DNA of 64,000 bases from Candidatus Rokuibacteriota bacterium (GTDB taxonomy: Bacteria; Methylomirabilota; Methylomirabilia; Rokubacteriales; CSP1-6), in contig QHSP01000015.1 in assembly GCA_003220495.1 (NCBI GenBank), positions 196,610 to 260,609 on the forward strand. Direction: 5' to 3'. Of this stretch, positions 9,152 through 18,613 are shown piece by piece. Each line of letters starts with the position of its first letter. The stretch's first letter is position 1. The position numbers and the translations under genes were made by a program. A model generated the notes under the pieces. It was not told the DNA's origin. It saw only the letters and a list, made by a program, of their open reading frames with translations, and did no database searches.

Positions 9152-10261
9152 GTGCGCCAGGATCTCTCACGTCGTGACCTGCTGCGCACCGCCGCGCGGG
9201 CCGGCGCCGCCGGGCTCGTGGCTCCGGCGAGTCGTCTCGCCCACGCCGCGACCATCTCGCCCGAATGGGAGCAGATGGCCGCCGCCGCCCGGAAGGAGGG
9301 CAAGGTCTCGGTCAACACCTTCACCGGCCAGGGCTACGCCCGCATCCTCAAGCTCTTCGCGCAGGCCTATCCGGAGATCAAGCTCGAGCACACGAATCTC
9401 GAACCCGTCGAGTTCTCGCCGCGGGTCATCCAGGAGCGCAAGGCCTCCGTGTACACCTGGGACGTGGCGACCATGCCGATGAGCACCGCGCTCCAGGTGC
9501 TCAAGCCGGCCGGCGTCTGGGATCCCGTGCGGCCGGTGATCGTGGCGCCGGAGGCCAAGAACGACGCGAACTGGCGCGGCGGCTTCGACGCCGGCTTCCT
9601 CGACCGCGACCGAAACCTCGCGTACGCCTTCACGCTGGTGCGCGCGCCCGGGGTCTTCGTCAACGTCGATCAGGTCAGGGAGGGCGAGCTCCGGAGCGTG
9701 AAGGGCCTGCTCGCGCCCAAGTGGAAGGGCCGCATCGCGATCTCCGACCCGCGCACGATCGGCTCGACCTTCTGGCCCTTGACGGCCGCCCGGCTGCGGC
9801 TCGGCGATGGAATCATGAAGCAGATCCTCGTCGATCAGGAGCCGGTGCTGAGCCGCGACCGGAACCAGCTTACCGAGTTCATGGTGCGCGGGCGCTATCC
9901 GATCGCGATCGGGCTCAACGCGCTCGCGCTCCAGGACTTCCAGGCCCACGGCGTGGGCAAGAACGTGAAGACTCAGCCCTTACCCGAGCTCGACTATCAG
10001 TCGTCGGGCAGCGGCGTGTGGCTCCTCAACCGGGCGCCGCATCCCGGCGCGGCGAAGCTCCTCATCAACTGGCTCCTGACGAAGGACGCTCAGGTCGCGT
10101 GGGCCCGGGAGCTTCAGACCAACAGCCGCTTCGTGGGTGTGGAGCCGGGCGATCCGCAGGCGGTCGTTCCGCCGGGGCTCACGCTCTTGCAGATCGACGC
10201 CGAGGAGCAGCTGCCCGAGCTCGTCAAGACCCAGGACATCGCCCGGCAGCTGATCAGGTAG
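9152..10261 (+). CDS. ABC transporter substrate-binding protein (family 1, iron(III)/polyamine-like), Tat signal
   Basis: GTG start 6 nt after GGAGGA. SRRDLLRTAARAGAAGL twin-arginine signal. About 370 aa periplasmic binding fold. Confidence 0.8.
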   Translation: MRQDLSRRDLLRTAARAGAAGLVAPASRLAHAATISPEWEQMAAAARKEGKVSVNTFTGQGYARILKLFAQAYPEIKLEHTNLEPVEFSPRVIQERKASVYTWDVATMPMSTALQVLKPAGVWDPVRPVIVAPEAKNDANWRGGFDAGFLDRDRNLAYAFTLVRAPGVFVNVDQVREGELRSVKGLLAPKWKGRIAISDPRTIGSTFWPLTAARLRLGDGIMKQILVDQEPVLSRDRNQLTEFMVRGRYPIAIGLNALALQDFQAHGVGKNVKTQPLPELDYQSSGSGVWLLNRAPHPGAAKLLINWLLTKDAQVAWARELQTNSRFVGVEPGDPQAVVPPGLTLLQIDAEEQLPELVKTQDIARQLIR

Positions 10262-11693
10262 GTAGCGACGCCGCCTCGATCTTGGTGCCGCCGCGCAGGA
10301 ACGACGAGAAGAGCGCGATGAGCAGGAGCGTCAAGCAGGCGAGGTACGCCACGTTCATCGACGCGACGAAGGCCCGCGGGTGCGCGGCGCTCGGCGTGGC
10401 GTCTGCGATGCCCGCGTAATAACGAAACGCGAGGGTCAGCAGGACGCCGCCCAGCGAGATGCCGAGCAGGGCGGAGATGCCGAAGACCGTCTGGACCATC
10501 CCGGTGGCGAAGCCCCGATACTCTCGCGGCACCGAGCCGATGATCGCCGCCTGATTCGGCGTGTTGAAGAATCCAGAGCCCACCCCGATGAGCGCCATCA
10601 TCAGCGTGGGCAGGATCCAGTGGGAGTCCACGCGAAGGAAGAGCCCGATGGCGAAGGCGCTCAGCGTCGCCAGGACGCCGATCGACGCGGGGATACGGGG
10701 GCCGATGCGATCCGTCAGCCGGCCGCTGACCGCGGCGAGCCCGATCGTGAAGACCGGCGCCGCCAGGAAGATCAGCCCCATGAACGACGCCGAGAAGCCC
10801 AGCACGTCCTGGATGTAGAACGGCATCAGGAAGCTCATCACGCTGATCGTGGTGGCGATGAGCAAGAGGCTCAAGACGCTGAACGTGAACATGCGAATCC
10901 GGAACAGCGCGAGGTTCACGACCGGGCTGATCGCGCGCCGCTCGTGCGCGAGGAAGCCGAGCAGCGTGGCGCCGAAGATCACGGTCATGACCGTCGTCCG
11001 CTCGGCCCCGAGCGTCTCGACGCTGCGTCGGTCGAGCAGGAGCGTCAGCATGACGGTGAGGGCGATCAGCAGCGCGGCGCCCAGATAGTCGATCGAGGGC
11101 ACGCGGCCCGCGGGCACGGTCGCGCGTGGTTTTCGAGCGCGTAGCACCGTGAGGACGACGCCCGTCAGCCCCATCGGCACCATCAGAAAGAAGATCCAGC
11201 GCCAGTCGAGCAGGTCGATCACGAGCCCGCCGAGCGGCGGCCCGACCAGGAGGCCGGAGTGAAATCCCATCGTCATGTAGCCGTTCGCCCGCCCCTCCGC
11301 CCCCTCCGGCACCGCTTCCATCGCGAGCACGCGCGTCGCCGAGGCGATCATCGCGGCGCCGAGCCCCTGGACGAGGCGAAAGACGATCAGCAGGAACGCG
11401 TTCGGCGCCACGCCGCAGAGCACGAAGCTCACGGTCATGATCGCGAAGCCGAGGCCGTAGATCGTGTAGCGCCCGTGGATGTCGCCGAGCCGGCCGAAGA
11501 CGACCGAGAGGCTGATCCCGGCGAGCTGATACACGATGAGCGCCCAGGAGATCGCGATGATGTCGGTGTCGAGGGCGCTGGCGAGCGTCGGCAGCGAGAC
11601 GATGAAGATCCGCGTGGCGACGCCGGTGAGGAACTGGCCCATGATCGCATTCGCGAGCAGGAGCCGGTCCGTGCGAGCGGTCACGCGGGACAT
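10254..11693 (-). CDS. MFS transporter (DHA2-like, 14 TMS)
   Basis: 479 aa, highly hydrophobic. Has the GRLGDIHGR-type MFS motif between TM2 and TM3. Confidence 0.85.
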   Translation of the reverse strand: MSRVTARTDRLLLANAIMGQFLTGVATRIFIVSLPTLASALDTDIIAISWALIVYQLAGISLSVVFGRLGDIHGRYTIYGLGFAIMTVSFVLCGVAPNAFLLIVFRLVQGLGAAMIASATRVLAMEAVPEGAEGRANGYMTMGFHSGLLVGPPLGGLVIDLLDWRWIFFLMVPMGLTGVVLTVLRARKPRATVPAGRVPSIDYLGAALLIALTVMLTLLLDRRSVETLGAERTTVMTVIFGATLLGFLAHERRAISPVVNLALFRIRMFTFSVLSLLLIATTISVMSFLMPFYIQDVLGFSASFMGLIFLAAPVFTIGLAAVSGRLTDRIGPRIPASIGVLATLSAFAIGLFLRVDSHWILPTLMMALIGVGSGFFNTPNQAAIIGSVPREYRGFATGMVQTVFGISALLGISLGGVLLTLAFRYYAGIADATPSAAHPRAFVASMNVAYLACLTLLLIALFSSFLRGGTKIEAASLPT

Positions 11694-11702
11694 GGTCTAT
11701 GG

Positions 11703-11750
11703 GCGCGCCGCGGCCGGCGGGCCCAGCCCCGCGACGGCCTGCCGCGCGCA
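11703..11750. repeat. REP-like element copy D (reverse orientation, 1-bp deletion variant)
   Basis: GCGCGCCGCGGCCGGCGGGCCCAGCCCCGCGACGGCCTGCCGCGCGCA, lying between the MFS start and the cyclase gene. Confidence 0.65.
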
Positions 11751-11799
11751 TCACATTATCAGCGCTGAGGCTCGCGCGCTTGGCGTAAGATTGCCGGCC

Positions 11800-12747
11800 A
11801 TGAGCGAAGAGGCTCTCCGCAAGCTCGCGATGCAGGTGCGCAACTGGGGTCGGTGGGGGCCGAACGACGAGATCGGCACGCTGAACTTCATCACACCCGA
11901 CGCGATCGCGGCGGCCTGTCGGCTGGCGACGGCCGGCAAGGTCTTCGCGCTCGGCATTCCGCTCCAGCGCGAGGGGCCGCAGAGCGGCACCCGCCAGCGC
12001 TTCAACCCGATCCACACGATGTTTCGCGACGGAGGCGACGCGCCGCGGACGCCGGCCGAGGTCACCGCGATGCAGGGCTACGGCGGCTCCGACGACTGGA
12101 TCGTGATGCCGCTCCAGTGCGTCACCCAGTGGGACAGCCTCGCCCACGTCTTCTACGAGGGCAAGATGTTCAACGGCTACGACGCCGCCCTCGTCACCAG
12201 CAGCGGCACCTCGAAGAACAGCATCGACAAGACCAAGGGCCGGATCGCCGGCCGCGGCGTCCTGCTCGACGTCGCGCGGTGGAAGGGCGTGCGCGCGCTC
12301 GAGCCGGGCTACGCGATCACGCCGGCCGACCTCGACGCGACCGCCGCGGCCGAGCGCGTGGAGATCCGCCGCGGCGATCTCCTGATCGTCCGAACCGGTC
12401 ACATGTCGCGCTATCTCGACCGCAACGACTGGCGCCACTTCGACCTCGACGACTCGCCGGGTGTCTCGGTGCACTCGGCGCCGTGGATGCACGCGAGGGA
12501 GATCGCCGCGATCGCGGCCGATAATTACGCCGTGGAGGTGCGGCCCTCGGAGCTCCCGCCGTTTCGCAGCCCGTTCCACATCTGCGCGATCCCGAACATG
12601 GGGCTGACCCTGGGTGAAATCTTCTACCTGGAAGAGCTGGCGGCGGACTGCGCGGCCGACGGGCGCTACGAGTTCCTGCTGGTGGCGCCACCGCTGCCGG
12701 TCACCCGCGGCGTTGGCACGCCGATCAACCCGTACGCGATCAAGTGA
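11800..12747 (+). CDS. Cyclase-family protein (kynurenine formamidase-like metal-dependent hydrolase)
   Basis: 315 aa, similar to 'putative cyclase' proteins (HxGTHxDxPxH-type region near QCVTQWDSLAHVFYEG). Start recomputed to 11800. The track ORF is extended through the REP element. Confidence 0.75.
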   Translation: MSEEALRKLAMQVRNWGRWGPNDEIGTLNFITPDAIAAACRLATAGKVFALGIPLQREGPQSGTRQRFNPIHTMFRDGGDAPRTPAEVTAMQGYGGSDDWIVMPLQCVTQWDSLAHVFYEGKMFNGYDAALVTSSGTSKNSIDKTKGRIAGRGVLLDVARWKGVRALEPGYAITPADLDATAAAERVEIRRGDLLIVRTGHMSRYLDRNDWRHFDLDDSPGVSVHSAPWMHAREIAAIAADNYAVEVRPSELPPFRSPFHICAIPNMGLTLGEIFYLEELAADCAADGRYEFLLVAPPLPVTRGVGTPINPYAIK

Positions 12748-12760
12748 GCCGGGCCGGGCG

Positions 12761-13849
12761 GTGCTGATCCGGGAAGTCGTCGCGAATCACTACGCGATCC
12801 CGCTGCCGGTCGCGCTCTCCGACAGCACGCACGGGACCATCAAGGGCTTCGAGCTGGTCACCGCGCGCGTGCGCGACGCCGAGGGCGCCGAGGGCACGGG
12901 CTACACGTACACCGTGGGCGCGGGCGGCGCCGCCGTCCACGCCCTGGTGGCGCGTGACCTGGCGCCGCTCTTGGTCGGGCGCGACGCCGATCTGATCGAG
13001 AGCCACTGGCAGGCGATGTGGTGGGCGCTCCACTACGGCGGGCGCGGCGGCGCCCAGGCGCTCGCGATGTCGGCGGTCGACATCGCGCTCTGGGATCTTC
13101 GCGCGCGCCGCCAGGATGCGCCGCTCTGGCGCGTGCTGGGCGGCTTCGATCCGCGCGTCCCCTGTTACGCCGGCGGTATCGACCTCGACTTCCCGCTCGA
13201 CGCGCTCCTGCGCCAGACCGACGAGAACCTGGCCCGCGGCTTTCGCGCGATCAAGATGAAGGTCGGGCGCCCGTCGCTCCACGACGACGTCGAGCGCGCG
13301 CGGGCCATGCGGCGCCATCTCGGTCCCGACTTTCCGCTGATGGTCGACGCCAACATGCGCTGGAGCGTCGACGAGGCGATCCGCGCCGCGCGCGCCCTCG
13401 CCGAGGTGGCCCCGGTGTGGCTGGAGGAGCCGACCATCCCCGACGACGTCCCCGGCCACGCGCGGATCGTGCGGGAGGGCGGGCTGCCCATCGCCGCGGG
13501 CGAGAACCTCCACACGCTGTACGAGTTTCGTCAGCTCATCGCGGCGGGCGGCGTCACGTTCCCCGAGCCCGACGTGACGAACTGCGGCGGCGTCACCGCG
13601 TTCATGAAGATCTGCCACCTCGCCGAGGCCTTCAACCTGCCGGTGACGTCGCACGGCGCGCACGATCTCACCGTGCATCTGCTGGCGGCCGCGCCCAACC
13701 GCTCGTATCTCGAGGCTCACGGCTTCGGGCTCGATCGCTTCATCGCCGAGCCGCTGCGGATCGAGGCCGGCCTGGCCATCGCGCCGACCCGCGCCGGGCA
13801 CGGGATCGAGTTCGACTGGAAGGCGCTCGACGCGGTCCGGGCGATCTGA
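12761..13849 (+). CDS. Mandelate racemase / muconate lactonizing enzyme family protein (enolase superfamily)
   Basis: KxK (IKMKVG), metal ligands DANMRW / EEP / AAGE, and a His-Asp dyad region. GTG start at 12761. Confidence 0.85.
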   Translation: MLIREVVANHYAIPLPVALSDSTHGTIKGFELVTARVRDAEGAEGTGYTYTVGAGGAAVHALVARDLAPLLVGRDADLIESHWQAMWWALHYGGRGGAQALAMSAVDIALWDLRARRQDAPLWRVLGGFDPRVPCYAGGIDLDFPLDALLRQTDENLARGFRAIKMKVGRPSLHDDVERARAMRRHLGPDFPLMVDANMRWSVDEAIRAARALAEVAPVWLEEPTIPDDVPGHARIVREGGLPIAAGENLHTLYEFRQLIAAGGVTFPEPDVTNCGGVTAFMKICHLAEAFNLPVTSHGAHDLTVHLLAAAPNRSYLEAHGFGLDRFIAEPLRIEAGLAIAPTRAGHGIEFDWKALDAVRAI

Positions 13850-13852
13850 GCC

Positions 13853-14923
13853 GTGAGCCCACGGGCCGCGCTCCCCGTGCTGCCGACGACCGTGGTCGGA
13901 AGCTTTCCGCAGCCGGAGTGGCTCGTCCACCGCGACGCGCTGCTCTCGGGCGGCGTGCCGCGCGTCCCACGCCCGAACCTGTGGCGCGTGCCGGAGGAGA
14001 TGCGCGATCAGGCCCACGACGACGCGACCCGCCTGGTCGTTCGCGACATGGAGCGGGCGGGCGTCGACATCGTCAGCGACGGCGAGGTGCGCCGTGAAAG
14101 CTACTTCAGCTGGCTCGCGCCGGCTCTGACCGGGCTCGACGTCGCCAAGCCCGGATCGGCGATCAGTCGAACGGGCCGGCCGACACCCGTGCCGCGGGCG
14201 ATCGGCCCGATCACACGCCCGAAGCCCGTGCTGGCACGCCACACGGCGTTCTTGCGAGCCGAGACGGACCATCCGATCAAGATCACCGTGCCCGGACCCT
14301 TCACCCTGACCGCGCTGACGCAGAACGAGTACTACCCGGACGCGCCGAGCCTCGCGCTGGCGTACGCGGCCGTCGTGAACGCCGAGCTGCGCGATCTCAA
14401 GGCGGCGGGCGCCGATTTCGTCCAGCTCGACGAGCCGTATCTCCAGGCCTGGCCGGATCCGGCGCGCGAGTACGGCGTGGCGGCCATCGACCGGGCGCTC
14501 GAGGGGATCGACGGTCCCACGGTCGTTCACCTGTGCTTCGGCTACGCGCACACCGTTCGCGACAAGCCGAGCGGCTACTCGTATCTGCCCGAGCTCGAGC
14601 GAAGCCGCGCCACGCACGTCTCGATCGAGGCTGCTCAGCCGAAGCTCGATTGCACGATCCTCCGCGCGCTGCCGTCGAAGATCATCGTCCTCGGTGTGCT
14701 CGACCTGGGCGACGCCAAGGTCGAGAGCCCGGAGGTTGTCGCAGGCCGGATCCGGGCGGCCCTCGCGCACGTGCCGCCCGAGCGGTTGGTGCCGGCGCCC
14801 GACTGCGGCATGAAATATCTTCCGCGCGAGCGAGCCGTCGGCAAGCTGGAGGCGCTGGCCGCGGGGGCGCGAATCGTACGCGCCGAGCTCGCCGCGGGGA
14901 GGCGCCCCCGACCGGCCCCCTGA
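13853..14923 (+). CDS. MetE C-terminal-domain-like methyltransferase (divergent core-MetE paralog)
   Basis: GSFPQP near the N-terminus as in the MetE catalytic domain. VHLCFGY His-x-Cys and PDCGMKY Cys motifs. GTG start overlapping the upstream stop region. Confidence 0.75.
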   Translation: MSPRAALPVLPTTVVGSFPQPEWLVHRDALLSGGVPRVPRPNLWRVPEEMRDQAHDDATRLVVRDMERAGVDIVSDGEVRRESYFSWLAPALTGLDVAKPGSAISRTGRPTPVPRAIGPITRPKPVLARHTAFLRAETDHPIKITVPGPFTLTALTQNEYYPDAPSLALAYAAVVNAELRDLKAAGADFVQLDEPYLQAWPDPAREYGVAAIDRALEGIDGPTVVHLCFGYAHTVRDKPSGYSYLPELERSRATHVSIEAAQPKLDCTILRALPSKIIVLGVLDLGDAKVESPEVVAGRIRAALAHVPPERLVPAPDCGMKYLPRERAVGKLEALAAGARIVRAELAAGRRPRPAP

Positions 14924-14949
14924 GCCGGCGCCGCCGACCGTCATCGTTC

Positions 14950-14986
14950 GGCCGCGACAGCGCGCCGCGTGATGGTCTTTTTTGCC
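14950..14986 (+). terminator. Possible intrinsic terminator (imperfect GC hairpin followed by T6 run)
   Basis: GGCCGCGACAGCGCGCCGCG followed 8 nt later by TTTTTT, a rare run in 70 % GC DNA. The spacing is non-canonical. Confidence 0.25.
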
Positions 14987-15058
14987 GACTTCTGCTATCG
15001 TCCGGGAGCCTCGAAATCCGCGAGGGAGACCGCAGTCAACGGCCCGAGGAGGCGAAGC

Positions 15059-16738
15059 ATGAGCGATCGCACGAATGACCAGGACCGTCCTTTCAGCGTC
15101 AACCGCCGAGCCTTCCTGAAACGCGCAGGCACGGTCGGCGCCGGCGCGGTCGCTGCTTCGAGAATTCACCGGCCGGGCGTCGCCGCCGCACAGGACGCGA
15201 CGGTGCGGCCGGATCCCGCCGCCAAGCGCGGGGGCACCCTGCGTTACGCGGTCCACAACGCCCCGGCCCACTTCGACGTCCATCAGTCCGGCACCGTCGC
15301 CAACATCGGCCCGCAGAGCCCGATGTACGACACGCTGCTGCGACGAAGCCCGAAAGACGGCCAGACGATCATCCCCGACCTCGCCTCGAAGTGGGAGATC
15401 TCGCCGGACGGCAAGAAGTACACCTTCCATCTGCGCAAGGGCGTGAAGTTCCACGACGGCGCCGACTTCACCGCCGAGGACGTCAAGGCCACCTACGACC
15501 GCATCGCGCACCCACCGAAGGGCGTGGTCATCCCGCGCACGCCGCTCTTCTCCACGGTTGGGGACATCGTGATCCTGGATCCGCACAAGATCGAGTTCCG
15601 GCTCACCGAGGCGCGGCCCAAGGCATTCATGCTGGGCGCGTTCGCGAGCGGCTGGAACATCATCGTGCGCAAGAAGACGCTCGAGGACAACCACGGCAAC
15701 CTGCGCCAGGTGATGAACTATCCGGGCACCGGGCCCTTCCGCCACGTCTCGCGCAAGGACAAGGAAATCTGGATCCAGGAGCGCAACCCCGACTACTGGA
15801 ACAAGGGGCTGCCGCTGGTCGACAAGCTCGAGATCTACCACATGATGCCGTTCTCGCCGGAGCTCGGCTCGTCGTTCCTCTCCGGCAAGGTGGACTACGC
15901 GCGCCTCCTGGACCCGGTCTCCTGGCGAAAAGCCAAGGAGATGCAGGGGGTGACCGCGACGGCGTTCAATCAATCGGTGATCCAGGCGTTCTGGACGAAC
16001 ATGGTCAAGAACAAGGCGCTGGCCGATGCCCGTGTGCGCCGGGCCATCCATCTCGCGATGGACCGCCACACCCTGGTCGAGGTGGTGAAGGACACCGCGC
16101 CGATGCAGGTGGGCGGCTTCGTCTATCCGTTCCACGAGATGTCGACGCCGCGGGCCGAGCTCGAGAAGAAGCTCGGCTATCAGAAGGACATCAAGCCCGC
16201 GGTGCAGGAAGCCCGCCGCCTGATGAAGGAAGCGGGCTACGCCAACGGCATCAGGAATCTCGACTTCGTCGTCCGCGACATCGCCACCTTCAAGCTGTGG
16301 GCGGTCGCGATTCAGGCCATGCTCAAGGAGCACCTGAACATCGACTCGAACCTGCGCGTCGTGCAGACCTCGGTGTGGTTCGACGAGGCTCAGGCCGGCA
16401 ACTTCGATCTCGCGATCAGCGCGATCGTCTCGACCTTGATGGATCCCTCGGACATCTTCAGTGCGTGGTACGGCAAGGACGGCCCCCAGAACTACTCCCG
16501 CTGGACGAACCCGGCATTCCACGACATCGCCAGCCAGGTCGAGCGCGAGCTCGACGACAACCGGCGCAAGGCGCTGGTCCACAAGGCGGAGGATATCCTG
16601 GAGCAGGACCCGCCGCTCATCCCGGTGTCGTACGAGCAGATCTACGACGCCTGGTACAACAAGGTGCACGGCCAGAACCCGTCCACGTACTTCGGGATCT
16701 ACGACGTCGTGCGGTGGGACCAGGTCTGGCTCGGCTGA
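15059..16738 (+). CDS. ABC transporter substrate-binding protein, family 5 (DppA/OppA-like), Tat signal
   Basis: NRRAFLKRAGTVGAGAVAAS twin-arginine signal. About 560 aa family-5 fold. RBS GAGGAGG. Confidence 0.85.
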   Translation: MSDRTNDQDRPFSVNRRAFLKRAGTVGAGAVAASRIHRPGVAAAQDATVRPDPAAKRGGTLRYAVHNAPAHFDVHQSGTVANIGPQSPMYDTLLRRSPKDGQTIIPDLASKWEISPDGKKYTFHLRKGVKFHDGADFTAEDVKATYDRIAHPPKGVVIPRTPLFSTVGDIVILDPHKIEFRLTEARPKAFMLGAFASGWNIIVRKKTLEDNHGNLRQVMNYPGTGPFRHVSRKDKEIWIQERNPDYWNKGLPLVDKLEIYHMMPFSPELGSSFLSGKVDYARLLDPVSWRKAKEMQGVTATAFNQSVIQAFWTNMVKNKALADARVRRAIHLAMDRHTLVEVVKDTAPMQVGGFVYPFHEMSTPRAELEKKLGYQKDIKPAVQEARRLMKEAGYANGIRNLDFVVRDIATFKLWAVAIQAMLKEHLNIDSNLRVVQTSVWFDEAQAGNFDLAISAIVSTLMDPSDIFSAWYGKDGPQNYSRWTNPAFHDIASQVERELDDNRRKALVHKAEDILEQDPPLIPVSYEQIYDAWYNKVHGQNPSTYFGIYDVVRWDQVWLG

Positions 16739-16756
16739 GAGCCGGCTCCTAGCCGC

Positions 16757-17713
16757 GTGCGGAAGTACCTGGCGCGCCGAGCGCTGTACGCCGCTATCAC
16801 GCTGTTCGGAGTCTCGCTCAGCGTCTTCGTGATCCTCCGGGTCCTGCCGGGGGATCCGCTCGTGGCCATCCTCGGTGCCGAGGGCCACGCGCAGATGAAG
16901 CCGGACGACCGCGCGCGCATCATGGCCGACCTCGGGCTCAGCGACCCGCTGCCCGTGCAATACGTCCGCTGGCTCGGCGACATCGCGGCCGGCCGCCTCG
17001 GCAAGTCGTTCTTCCGCGGCGACACCGTCTCCGAGCAGATCCTCCACCGCGGCCCGATCAGCGCCGAGATCGGGGTGCTCGCGCTGATCGTCTCCTGGCT
17101 CGTCGGGCTTCCGGTGGGGATCCTGAGCGCGTTCAAGCCGAACAGCATGCCGGACGGGCTCGCGCGCGCGCTGTCGGTCCTGTTCATCGCGATCCCCGGA
17201 TTCTGGCTCGGCATGCTGATCGTCCTCGCGTCGTTGTTCTGGTTCGGCTACAAGGCGCCCATCCTGATCGTCCACGTGTGGGAGGATCCCTGGCGGAATC
17301 TGCAGATCGTGATCGGGCCCGCGCTGGTCCTCGGACTCGCCCAGGGGGCCTACATCGCGCGCATGTCGCGCTCGTGCCTCCTCGAGGTCATCAGCGAGGA
17401 CTTCGTGCGAACGGCGCGCGCGAAGGGGCTCCGCGAAGGTCTGATCGTGATGCGGCACGCGCTCCCCAACGCGCTCCTGCCGGTCATCACGATCTCCGGC
17501 GTGCTCCTCGGCTTCGTGCTGGGCGGGTCGGTCGCGGTGGAGCAGGCGTTCGGCGTGCCCGGCCTCGGCCGCGCGCTCGTGACCGCCGTGATCGAGCGCG
17601 ACATCATCGTGGTGCAGAATCTGGTCCTGCTCTACGCCGTGATCTTCGTCGGCGTCAACGTCCTGGTCGATCTCAGCTACGCGTGGCTCGACCCGCGCAT
17701 CCGCTACGGCTGA
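16757..17713 (+). CDS. ABC transporter permease (DppB-like)
   Basis: 318 aa, 6 TM segments, EAA loop (ARAKGLREG). Confidence 0.85.
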   Translation: MRKYLARRALYAAITLFGVSLSVFVILRVLPGDPLVAILGAEGHAQMKPDDRARIMADLGLSDPLPVQYVRWLGDIAAGRLGKSFFRGDTVSEQILHRGPISAEIGVLALIVSWLVGLPVGILSAFKPNSMPDGLARALSVLFIAIPGFWLGMLIVLASLFWFGYKAPILIVHVWEDPWRNLQIVIGPALVLGLAQGAYIARMSRSCLLEVISEDFVRTARAKGLREGLIVMRHALPNALLPVITISGVLLGFVLGGSVAVEQAFGVPGLGRALVTAVIERDIIVVQNLVLLYAVIFVGVNVLVDLSYAWLDPRIRYG

Positions 17714-17720
17714 GCCCGGC

Positions 17721-18599
17721 ATGAAGGCCCTGACGGCGGAGCTGGTTCGGTTCGCGAGACGCAACACGTTGTCGGCGATCGGCGGGCTGGTCGGCTTCCT
17801 CATTCTGGTCGTCGCGGTGGCGGCGCCGCTCCTGGCGCCCCGGGATCCGCTCAAGGCGGACTTCCGGCGCATGAACAAGCCGCCCGACACGCAGAGCCTC
17901 CTGGGCACGGATCAGGTCGGGCGCGACACCCTGAGTCGCGTGATCTACGGCGCCCGCACGTCGCTGTTCGTGGCGTTTTCCGCGGTGATCCTCGGGACGA
18001 CCGTCGGCTCCCTGTGGGGAGTCGCCTGCGGCTATCTGCGCGGACGCTTCGACCTCGTCAGTCAGCGGATCATGGAAATCTTGCAGTCGTTCCCCGATCT
18101 GATTCTCGCCATGGCGATCTCCATGGCCATCGGGACCGGCCTGCAGGCGGTGATCTTCGCGATCGCGATCACGCGCATTCCGTTCGGCGGGCGGGTGATC
18201 CGATCCGTGGCGCTGTCGGTGCGCGAGATGCCCTACGTCGAAGCGGGGCGCGCCAGCGGCGCCTCGGCGCTGCGAGTCATGGCGTTTCACGTCTTGCCCC
18301 AGTGCGTCGCGCCCTATCTCGTGCTCGCCACGACGCATCTGGGCGTCGCGATCGTCATCGAGGCGGCGCTGGGCTTTCTCGGTGTCGGCGTACCGCCGCC
18401 GACGCCGACCTGGGGCAACATGCTGGCCGACTCGATCACGGCGCTCGTGCCGCCGTGGTGGCTGGCCTTCTTCCCGGGTCTGGCCATCACGGTGACAGTG
18501 CTCGCCTTCAACCTCCTGGGAGACGGCATCCGTGACACGCTCGACCCGCGTCTCTCGCCGGCCTTCCTCCGGATGATGACGGGCGGCCGCCGCGCCTAG
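17721..18599 (+). CDS. ABC transporter permease (DppC-like)
   Basis: 292 aa, 6 TM segments, EAA loop (EAGRASGAS). No ATPase gene follows in this locus. Confidence 0.85.
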   Translation: MKALTAELVRFARRNTLSAIGGLVGFLILVVAVAAPLLAPRDPLKADFRRMNKPPDTQSLLGTDQVGRDTLSRVIYGARTSLFVAFSAVILGTTVGSLWGVACGYLRGRFDLVSQRIMEILQSFPDLILAMAISMAIGTGLQAVIFAIAITRIPFGGRVIRSVALSVREMPYVEAGRASGASALRVMAFHVLPQCVAPYLVLATTHLGVAIVIEAALGFLGVGVPPPTPTWGNMLADSITALVPPWWLAFFPGLAITVTVLAFNLLGDGIRDTLDPRLSPAFLRMMTGGRRA

Positions 18600-18611
18600 C
18601 GCGGCGCCGCG
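18600..18611. terminator. Perfect 12-bp palindrome CGCGGCGCCGCG between convergent stop codons (possible bidirectional terminator)
   Basis: Lies exactly between the stop of the permease gene (18597-99) and the stop of the PPTase gene (18614-16). Confidence 0.3.
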
Positions 18612-18613
18612 CG

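Noticed and set aside
12740-17908. 1722-aa ORF on the minus strand, the largest in the track
   Set aside because: It is Arg/Ala/Gly/Asp-rich low-complexity translation, antisense to four well-supported plus-strand genes (MR/MLE, MetE-like, SBP, permease). This is the typical stop-codon-poor shadow ORF of 70 % GC DNA.
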